Shown here one piece after another: positions 56,876-64,000 of a stretch of 64,000 nucleotides of DNA (position 1 is the stretch's first letter; each line of letters begins with the position of its first letter). The DNA comes from a virus. Lineage: Duplodnaviria; Caudoviricetes. The stretch lies in the IMG/VR virus record IMGVR_UViG_3300008262_000001; one strand, 5' to 3'. The notes under the pieces are model-generated. The model was not told the origin of the DNA. It saw only the letters and a list, made by a program, of their open reading frames with translations, and did not search any database. Both the position numbers and the translations under genes were made by a program.

Positions 56876-57463
56876 TCAGGATCGGATTTTCGACTTTTCT
56901 CCAAGATATCCTCCATGGTGACGTTTAAAATAATCACAAGTGGTAAATTTTTTAGAACTCATGAGTTCAACTACTATTAAATCAGAAATTACCGACATGC
57001 AAGTAGTCGAAGTTGTTGGAGTTAATCCTAATGGACATATCTCATCAACAACCCCGAATTCAAAAACATCAGAACATTTTGTGTTTAGATACGGATTACT
57101 TTGTCCAGTTATTACAAAAATATGATTTCTGTTTCCGAGTTCGTGTACTAAAGAAATTAACTCTTGTATTTCTCTAGTTTTTCCAGAGTTTGTGAACATG
57201 ATAAGGACATCATTGGGCTGGATTACTCCGAGATCTCCGTGTTGTGCTTCTGAAGGGTGTAGAAAGACAGACGGAGTTCCTGTAGAAGATAGAGTTGTTG
57301 CTAATGTGTTAGAAATTTGTCCAGCTTTTCCCATTCCTGATGTAATTATCTTACTCTCTGGTACGAGCTGCCTTTTGATAGATTCGATGAATTCTGCAAG
57401 TCTATCGACTGGAATCCTTGAGATAGCAGATATTTCTTGCTTCAGTAGGGACTTAAGGTTCAT
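56876..57463 (-). CDS. kdsD: Arabinose-5-phosphate isomerase (KdsD/GutQ SIS domain, no CBS domains)
   Basis: SGMGKAG, STGTPSVFLHPSEAQHGDLG, NSGKT, CPLGLTPTTSTT, HHGGYLG. Confidence 0.88.
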   Translation of the reverse strand: MNLKSLLKQEISAISRIPVDRLAEFIESIKRQLVPESKIITSGMGKAGQISNTLATTLSSTGTPSVFLHPSEAQHGDLGVIQPNDVLIMFTNSGKTREIQELISLVHELGNRNHIFVITGQSNPYLNTKCSDVFEFGVVDEICPLGLTPTTSTTCMSVISDLIVVELMSSKKFTTCDYFKRHHGGYLGEKSKIRS

Positions 57464-58471
57464 TTATTTAATTCTCTCGTTTACCATTTCTCTCAGAATT
57501 TCATCGAGAGACATTGAATATGTCCATCCTAGTTTTTCTTTTGCCTTTGTTGCATCTCCGATGAGCAAATCAACTTCAGATGGTCTAAAATATTTAGGAT
57601 CCACTTTAACCATAATTTCTCCTGTTTCTTTGTTTTTTCCAACTTCGTTTATTCCTGTGCCTTCCCATTCAATGTCAACATTTAGAATTCTTGCTGTAGT
57701 TTCAACAATAGATCGGATTGTATGTGTTTTACCTGTCGCAAGTACAAAATCTTCAGGTTGGTCTTGCTGCAACATTCTCCACATACCTTCTACGTATTCT
57801 TTTGCGTGACCTATATCCCTTTGTGATTCTAAATTTCCTAAAGAGAAACAATCAGTTTTTTTGTGGTACAGGATATCAACCAAGGAGTCAACTATTTTCT
57901 TCTCGACGAAATTTTCACCTCTCCTTGGAGACGTGTGATTGAAAAGAATTCCGTTACAAGCAAAAAGGTTATAAGCCTCTCTGTAATTTTTAATTATCCA
58001 AAATCCATAAAGCTTAGCTACACCATAAGGACTTCTAGGATAAAAAGGTGTTGTTTCTTTCTGAGGAATCTCTTGAACTTTGCCATAAAGTTCGGAGGTT
58101 GAAGCTTGGTACAGTTTGGTTTTTGGTGAGTGAGATCTGATAGCATCAAGTACATTCAAAGTACCTATTGCATCTACCTGACCTGTATAATACGGGATTT
58201 CGAAAGAAATCTTAACATGACTTTGTGCAGCTAAATTATAAAATTCATCAGGTTTGATCTCAGAAATTAATGTGCTTATAGAGACGGGATCAGTCACATC
58301 AGCGTAGTGCCAATAGAAATTGGGTTTATTTCGTAAGTGATCTATTCGTCTTGTGTTGAAAGAAGAAGATCTCCTAATTATTCCATGAACCTCGTAACCT
58401 TTTTCCAACAAAAGCTCTGCAAGGTAAGATCCATCCTGGCCATTGATTCCAGTTATTATAGACTTTTTCAC
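57464..58471 (-). CDS. gmd: GDP-mannose 4,6-dehydratase
   Basis: [58 protein letters not shown]. Confidence 0.97.
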   Translation of the reverse strand: MKKSIITGINGQDGSYLAELLLEKGYEVHGIIRRSSSFNTRRIDHLRNKPNFYWHYADVTDPVSISTLISEIKPDEFYNLAAQSHVKISFEIPYYTGQVDAIGTLNVLDAIRSHSPKTKLYQASTSELYGKVQEIPQKETTPFYPRSPYGVAKLYGFWIIKNYREAYNLFACNGILFNHTSPRRGENFVEKKIVDSLVDILYHKKTDCFSLGNLESQRDIGHAKEYVEGMWRMLQQDQPEDFVLATGKTHTIRSIVETTARILNVDIEWEGTGINEVGKNKETGEIMVKVDPKYFRPSEVDLLIGDATKAKEKLGWTYSMSLDEILREMVNERIK

Positions 58472-59637
58472 TAGAGAATATTTTTTTCGGAGTTTACTAT
58501 TGATGAAATCAATTTAATCTCATCTATGGTGAGATTTTGGTGGTTTGGTAAATAGAAGCCCTTCTCGTGAATTATATCTGAGTTACCAGTTCCAAACTTT
58601 CTGTTTAGATTTGAAGCAAAAGGTTGTTTTGCCATTGATCCCGCTATAAGGGGTCTGACTTCTATATTTTTAGATTTAATCTTAGTGATTATTGAATCTC
58701 TTTCCGAATGTACCACAGGATAGGCAAAGTTTGAAATAAAATCACCAGGTCTTTGTTTGATATTTAGATGGTTTTCAGATATCAATTCAGAATACATTAA
58801 AAAATTTCTGTTCCTTATATCAGAGAAAGGATCGATTTTTCCAATTTGGTCTATCCCTATGAAAGCCTGCAAATCAGTAGATCTCACATTCAATCCAGGG
58901 AAATAAAATGTGTACATGCTTGTGAATGGATCGACGTTGTACTTTTCTCTGTATTCTTGTTTAAGATCGTCGTCCCAATCCCTGTCCCATCCATGATTTC
59001 TAATTGAAACTAAAAGATCGTGTATTTCCTTATCTTTAGTTGTGATCATCCCACCTTCTATTGTGCTGATATGGTGACCGTAATAGAAAGAAAAAAATGA
59101 CATTAAACCAAAAGAACCTAAGTATTGATTCTGAAACTTAGAACCTAAACTTTCGCAAACATCCTCCAATAAAATAACACCATGTTTTTCACACAACTCA
59201 GTTATTTTTTTCATATCAGGGACTAAGCCCAAGACTGAAACTAATATACAAGCTTCAGGTTTTTCTTCTATGAATATCTGTTCCAGTTTTTCTAAATCTA
59301 ATGATAAATCCTCAAGATTACAGTCACATAAAATAGGTTCAATTCCAAGGACTACTGGACTACTAAGATCAGTCGCCCAGGAAACGGAAGGAACCACAAC
59401 TTTTTTAATATTGTTTTTTATCTTAAGTGCAAGAAGTGATAATAAGATTGCAGATGATCCTGAGTTAATGAAACAACTTTTTAAATCATCTCCAAGGAAA
59501 GACGAAAAATTTTCCTGAAATTTAATTGTCAATGGACCTTTGGTTAGCTGTGGAATATCTTCTTGGGAAAGCCAAGCAACAAGATTTTGGATATCTTGTT
59601 TGGATATCGTATCTGAAACTAATTTTATATCTTTCAT
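58471..59637 (-). CDS. colD: PLP/PMP-dependent DegT-family enzyme, ColD-like GDP-4-keto-6-deoxymannose 3-dehydratase
   Basis: EDVCESLG and [14 protein letters not shown] (His at the position that is Lys in aminotransferases); translationally coupled to gmd. Confidence 0.75.
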   Translation of the reverse strand: MKDIKLVSDTISKQDIQNLVAWLSQEDIPQLTKGPLTIKFQENFSSFLGDDLKSCFINSGSSAILLSLLALKIKNNIKKVVVPSVSWATDLSSPVVLGIEPILCDCNLEDLSLDLEKLEQIFIEEKPEACILVSVLGLVPDMKKITELCEKHGVILLEDVCESLGSKFQNQYLGSFGLMSFFSFYYGHHISTIEGGMITTKDKEIHDLLVSIRNHGWDRDWDDDLKQEYREKYNVDPFTSMYTFYFPGLNVRSTDLQAFIGIDQIGKIDPFSDIRNRNFLMYSELISENHLNIKQRPGDFISNFAYPVVHSERDSIITKIKSKNIEVRPLIAGSMAKQPFASNLNRKFGTGNSDIIHEKGFYLPNHQNLTIDEIKLISSIVNSEKNIL

Positions 59638-60284
59638 TCTTTTTCTAGTAATATGCCATAGTCGATGTAATTGTTAGTAATTGACATCTTCCAACCCGGT
59701 AAAGAATATCTTACTAGATCATACCAATCTGTGTGATTACGAACACCTTCGACCATGATTATGTATTTGGTGGAAACTTCCCCCATGTTTCTCATCATTT
59801 TCACAGCCTTTTCAGAATTCAAGTGCATAACAACTGCTTGAGAATAAACAAGTTCTACCTTAGGTAGATCTGACACATCACCAGTTAAATCCCTAACAGA
59901 TACGTTTTTTGGGAATTCTAGGTCGTTTGGGATAAACTCTTTACCAAAATCTATTTGAGATTGCAAATAGTCTGCACCTGATACTTTGGTTTTCGGACAC
60001 AAAGTCATTAGATTTCTTAAATGGTAGCAAGCTCCGCATCCAAATTCAAAAACACTCTTAGGATTTTTTGTGTAAATTAAGGAATATAATTCTTTCCAAT
60101 TCGCAACTAAATTATCATGAAAAACTGGGATTCTATCCACTATTTCATAATTTCTTACAAAAAAATCGAACTTATCATTTTGAACCATCTCTTTGAGCTG
60201 GCCTGAGTATTCCGGTGTGTATTTTTCCCAAACGTACTCGTCATTTTGTTTGTCTAAATGCATGGCTTTATTTAATATATCCAA
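59634..60284 (-). CDS. Class I SAM-dependent methyltransferase
   Basis: VFEFGCG motif I, GADYL, VYSQAVVMHL; start may be ATG 60263. Confidence 0.8.
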   Translation of the reverse strand: MDILNKAMHLDKQNDEYVWEKYTPEYSGQLKEMVQNDKFDFFVRNYEIVDRIPVFHDNLVANWKELYSLIYTKNPKSVFEFGCGACYHLRNLMTLCPKTKVSGADYLQSQIDFGKEFIPNDLEFPKNVSVRDLTGDVSDLPKVELVYSQAVVMHLNSEKAVKMMRNMGEVSTKYIIMVEGVRNHTDWYDLVRYSLPGWKMSITNNYIDYGILLEKE

Positions 60285-60300
60285 GAAAATCTAGGAAGTT

Positions 60301-61053
60301 TCAAAGAGATATAAAATCAAGGTCTGGATTTAAGAGCAAAGAAAAATTAGATAAATTAGAATTCATTTTTACTAACAGGTCACACGTGGAAAGAAGATAA
60401 GCATCTATTATGACATCTTCTGCCATTCTGTATTTGTCCGGCATCTTTTTTTTAAAATTTGGTAGATCTTGATCATCAGTAACTGTTGAGCCACTCAAGT
60501 TTATTACATTAGGATATCTCTGTTTAAATAATTCAATGCTTACAGCTTCATCACAAGCTAAGTAGATACAATCAAAATTTGAATGTATTTTGTCAATAAT
60601 TTCAAAATATTTTTGTAATGGTGGACTTTCGTGGTGTGTACCTATGTCTGTTCCCCTTTTATGGACACCTAATATTTTTTTGCCAGCAAACATTTCCAAA
60701 TAAAGAGATAGGATTTTGGTACCAATCTCAGACTTTAATTTCAAATGTGTGTCTATTATTTCCTTTGCAATTTTTCTCTCTGTTTTATTTCCAAAATCAA
60801 AAGAATATCCATAAAAATTCCCACTGTCACCCCAAAATGTCCGTTTACCGTCTGTGATTATATCCTGTAAAAAAAATTCATTCCATTGATTGTCCTTTGA
60901 GTCAGAGTATGAGGAATTTCTCATATCAAAATAAATTTTATAATCTATTCCCAGTGTGAAATAATGTCTATGAACAGAAACAAATTGGATCACGAAAGAA
61001 AAAAAACCTCTCTCGCTTGAAGATTCTCCAGATTCTAAAATTAAAACTTTCAC
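60301..61053 (-). CDS. NodZ-like (GT23/O-fucosyltransferase-like) GDP-deoxyhexose transferase
   Basis: GFFSF, ILGVHKRGTD, IYLACDE, IIDAYLLSTCDLLVKMNSNLS. Confidence 0.75.
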   Translation of the reverse strand: MKVLILESGESSSERGFFSFVIQFVSVHRHYFTLGIDYKIYFDMRNSSYSDSKDNQWNEFFLQDIITDGKRTFWGDSGNFYGYSFDFGNKTERKIAKEIIDTHLKLKSEIGTKILSLYLEMFAGKKILGVHKRGTDIGTHHESPPLQKYFEIIDKIHSNFDCIYLACDEAVSIELFKQRYPNVINLSGSTVTDDQDLPNFKKKMPDKYRMAEDVIIDAYLLSTCDLLVKMNSNLSNFSLLLNPDLDFISL

Positions 61054-61058
61054 CTATT

Positions 61059-61067
61059 TATATATAC
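61059..61067 (-). promoter_or_regulatory. GTATATATA motif
   Basis: 5 nt upstream of the GTG start 61053 of the NodZ-like gene. Confidence 0.5.
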
Positions 61068-61074
61068 TAATGTT

Positions 61075-61695
61075 TTATTCATTGTTGAACAAAAAATCAA
61101 TATTATTATTGATAATAGCAGATCTTATCCCATCTTGGTTTAATAGAGATAACATCTCTATTTTTTTGGCTATATAATTATCTCCTTCATCCAATATGCC
61201 TAATGTGTTATGTATATTGATCCAGTTTTTATTTATTTTTTTATTCTCATCTTCACAATTTATAGATAAAAATAGAGCTTTATCGATATCGGTTCTTCTA
61301 CTTATATGATCAATAAAAGAACACATTATTTCAATATTAGATTTTACTGGGCTAACTCCAAAGTGCGTTATAAAAACTTTGTATTCATTCGATTTTAAAC
61401 TTTCATGAAATCTTTTTGTTCTTCTAATATATTTTTCTTTTATAAAATCTAGATCATTAGGAAAGTCGTGCGGAAACCAGTCACCCCTTATTTTATTTCT
61501 TTTACTTGCATCAAATCCTTCAGAAAAATATTTATTAATATAAGCATCAATATTAGTTATTTCAAGATCAATAATCTCTAACATAGTTTGCGAACTCATT
61601 TGAGCCCAATCAAAAACCATTGTAGGTCTTTCTATTTTCAAGCGTTCCCTTATTATCCCAGCAGGATTACATCTCATACCTAATGATATTAGCAT
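61075..61695 (-). CDS. DUF1796-like putative papain-like protein
   Basis: ISLGMRCNPA...VFDW and FPHD motifs. Confidence 0.65.
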   Translation of the reverse strand: MLISLGMRCNPAGIIRERLKIERPTMVFDWAQMSSQTMLEIIDLEITNIDAYINKYFSEGFDASKRNKIRGDWFPHDFPNDLDFIKEKYIRRTKRFHESLKSNEYKVFITHFGVSPVKSNIEIMCSFIDHISRRTDIDKALFLSINCEDENKKINKNWINIHNTLGILDEGDNYIAKKIEMLSLLNQDGIRSAIINNNIDFLFNNE

Positions 61696-61709
61696 ACTAT
61701 TAATATTTT

Positions 61710-62435
61710 TTAGCCACGATGTAGATATAATCTATCGGAAACTAGGTCCTTTATTAGAACGTATCCCATTGTTGTCAAAATTGAATGAATCTCAGATTCT
61801 ACACAGAATGAACCTTGCCAACCTCGGTTTTGTCCTTTGTTTAAAATAGTTTCGATGAATAATAATTTAGGACGTATCTCGCCAAATCCATTAATAACAT
61901 ATCCCTCCGCCCCTTCAACATCTATATGAGCGACATCAACATGGCCAATTCCTTTCTCGTTACAGAAACTCGAAACAGAAACTGAAGGAACTGTTATAGG
62001 ATAATTCTCTTGTATTATATGAGAATATATTTCTTTATACAAGGAAGTATGTTTCAAAATTGATCCCTGTCCTAAAGCATCACCCTCTACGAATGACTGG
62101 TAAAAATTTGTTTGTCCTGGATTTTCACAAACTGCAACAGGAACAAATTCTATATCAAATTTTGAAATGTATTTTTGTATAGAAATTATCCTAGCAGGAT
62201 CAGCTTCAAAGGAATACACGTTAGATCTTGGATATCTATGTTTGAGTCTAATAGAATCTCCCGCATCATAAGATCCAATATCAAAGATAACTTTAGGATC
62301 TATACCACACTCATCAATCCATTGTGCATTAAAACTGCTGTGCAATAATGGCACAGTAATTTTTGCTTGGTCTAATGCTTCATAAAGATCTTTGTCAAAA
62401 GAATCTCCGTCTATTATAGCGGGCGATATATTCAT
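61710..62435 (-). CDS. FkbM-family methyltransferase
   Basis: IFDIGSYDAG, VYSFEADP, HIDVEGAE. Confidence 0.9.
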   Translation of the reverse strand: MNISPAIIDGDSFDKDLYEALDQAKITVPLLHSSFNAQWIDECGIDPKVIFDIGSYDAGDSIRLKHRYPRSNVYSFEADPARIISIQKYISKFDIEFVPVAVCENPGQTNFYQSFVEGDALGQGSILKHTSLYKEIYSHIIQENYPITVPSVSVSSFCNEKGIGHVDVAHIDVEGAEGYVINGFGEIRPKLLFIETILNKGQNRGWQGSFCVESEIHSILTTMGYVLIKDLVSDRLYLHRG

Positions 62436-64000
62436 TGGATATTTTTTTTCTTTTCGAAAAGATATCCTTCAATCCAAACGTGGTCAATATCAGTATTGTC
62501 TAATATATCAAGAGCTTCGGAAATCGTAGAAAGAATAGATTTTCCTCTATTATTGAAGGATGTGTTTATTAGAATAGGTATTCCTGTTTTCTCAAAGAAT
62601 GATTTAACGAGATTATAACCGAAAGGGTTATCCTTAAAATTTAAAGTTTGTGCTCTTGCTGTCCCGTCAATATGGACTATCTCTTTTACTATATCAGACA
62701 CTTCCGGTCTAACCGTCGGATTGAAACTCATATAAGGAGAGGAAGTGAAGGACGTAAAATATTGGTCAGTGTATTCCTCTAAAATTGCGGGTGCTAAAGG
62801 TCTCCAATTTTCTCTATTTTTTATTTTGTTTAATTTGTCTTTAATCCCAGTGATGGAAGGAGAAGCAACAATACTTCTTCTTAAAAGAGCTCTTTCGCCT
62901 ACTTCGCCTCTTCCGTAAACAATACCTATGATTTTTCCATCACGAATCAATCCAGTAAGGAAATCTATCGAACATTCTTTTGCTGAATATTCAGATATTA
63001 GAGTCGGTAGATTATATCTATCTATTAAATCTATTCCGTTGAAAGCACATTCAATCTTATGTGTTGGGTTATTTTCATTTAACAGAAAACCTAAAGAAAG
63101 TCCGCAATCTCCAGGATTTGGTGGAACGTGCACAGGATATTCTATTTTATTTCTTAAATATTGATTAAATATTATATTCATGGCACCTCCACCAGATAAA
63201 CAAACAGGAACTTTGAATTTTTTTAAATACACCAATATTTTTTTATACACTAACAGGTTAAATACATGCTGAGATGTTGCTGCAACGTCTAGGGAATCTT
63301 CCCAATCTAAACTGTTTATATTTTTCAGCTCTAAGCCTATTTTTACACCTAACTCTTTCCTGTATCTATCGTCACAAGGCCCGTTATAATATTCCTCAAA
63401 AAATTCTATCCAATCTTCCCTAAGTTTACCGTATCCAGAAAGTCCCATAATTTTACCTGCAAGAGTTAAGTATGATTCGCTAATCTGGTAAGTGATTGAT
63501 AAATCATGAATTTCTGATCCTATATCGATTGGTGATATTTTTTTACTTATACAATTCAGGGGAATTGCTAAACATGTATAAGGATCACAGACATTCAAGT
63601 CCAGTTTTTCCAGATGCTTGATCCCATTTTTTCTGTCTGCAATGAAAAAATTGAAAGTTGACACATCACCATTGTCGTGACCTCCTGAATCGTATGTTGC
63701 AATTAACGATTCTGAAAATCCTGATGTATAAAAAGCTGTAGCTGCATGGGATAAATGATGTCCAATTTCTTTGAATTCAGTACAATTAAAGATCTCTTCT
63801 ACTGCACGAATTATTTTTTCACTACACTGACCATAAAGGCAGGTTGTGAATGTTGCAGTATTATTAAAATCATTCAAAAGGATATCCTTTACAGCCAAAA
63901 GAGTATCATAATAATTGGGATCTTTTTCTAACGAAAAATGTCTGATCCCATTGATCTTTTCTAGCTCGTAAGTATAATAGTCTCCAGTTTCTGTGACAAC
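62432..64000 (-). CDS. Carbamoyltransferase (NodU/CmcH family), 5' end beyond the window
   Basis: HHLSHAATAFY, YDSGG, AGKIMGLSGYG, LSGGGAMN, DCGLSLG, EVGERALLRRS, RENWRPLAP, NTSFN; the frame stays open to base 64000 (VVTETGDYYTYELEKINGIRHFS). Confidence 0.92.
   Translation of the reverse strand, partial: VVTETGDYYTYELEKINGIRHFSLEKDPNYYDTLLAVKDILLNDFNNTATFTTCLYGQCSEKIIRAVEEIFNCTEFKEIGHHLSHAATAFYTSGFSESLIATYDSGGHDNGDVSTFNFFIADRKNGIKHLEKLDLNVCDPYTCLAIPLNCISKKISPIDIGSEIHDLSITYQISESYLTLAGKIMGLSGYGKLREDWIEFFEEYYNGPCDDRYRKELGVKIGLELKNINSLDWEDSLDVAATSQHVFNLLVYKKILVYLKKFKVPVCLSGGGAMNIIFNQYLRNKIEYPVHVPPNPGDCGLSLGFLLNENNPTHKIECAFNGIDLIDRYNLPTLISEYSAKECSIDFLTGLIRDGKIIGIVYGRGEVGERALLRRSIVASPSITGIKDKLNKIKNRENWRPLAPAILEEYTDQYFTSFTSSPYMSFNPTVRPEVSDIVKEIVHIDGTARAQTLNFKDNPFGYNLVKSFFEKTGIPILINTSFNNRGKSILSTISEALDILDNTDIDHVWIEGYLFEKKKNIQ

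Noticed and set aside
6-63164. Numerous 60-140 aa antisense or nested ORFs in the six-frame track
   Set aside because: They overlap longer motif-bearing genes on the opposite strand or frame and show no recognisable motifs; treated as shadow ORFs.
1-64000. Stop-codon reassignment (TAG to Gln) as in Lak/crAss-like phages
   Set aside because: ORFs up to 2256 aa are intact under code 11, and TAG ends genes at tight junctions (58471, 56121); TGA also serves as a stop in ATGA overlaps.
1-64000. tRNA/rRNA genes, introns or inteins
   Set aside because: Intergenic gaps are short (about 110 bp at most) and AT-rich, with no T-loop/cloverleaf signature seen; core genes (UvsW, primase, PhoH) have normal lengths.
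56121-64000. True Nod-factor biosynthesis
   Set aside because: No NodA acyltransferase or NodB deacetylase is present, and the GT2 is a small soluble enzyme without the membrane segments of NodC.

Overview
A 64-kb, AT-rich, densely coding segment of a large (jumbo-type) T4-like myophage genome, almost all on the minus strand and readable in the standard genetic code. From left to right it holds: (1) a recombination/replication block (UvsW, UvsY, gp61-like primase, gp32 SSB, RuvC-like resolvase); (2) a long tail/baseplate/neck module with gp3-, gp6-, gp25-, gp13-, gp5-, gp27- and gp53-like genes, fibres and several giant uncharacterised virion proteins. Embedded in that module are a CHAP amidase, a spanin-like protein, PhoH, an oppositely oriented PD-(D/E)XK endonuclease, an amidoligase-like gene and a ribosomal protein S1 homolog; (3) a glycan synthesis and tailoring cluster running off the right edge (GT2, KdsD, Gmd, ColD-like, two methyltransferases, NodZ-like transferase, DUF1796-like, NodU-like carbamoyltransferase). 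The most notable signals are: a (G/A)ATATATA / GTATATA motif in front of about 12 genes, five times exactly 4 nt before ATG, which could be a late promoter giving leaderless mRNA or an element tied to the phage S1; a glycan cluster whose enzyme families parallel rhizobial Nod-factor tailoring; a tube-like protein with 17 tandem 23/24-aa repeats; and a baseplate protein carrying Bacteroidota-type beta-propellers. All product names come from motif recognition by eye; no database searches were run.
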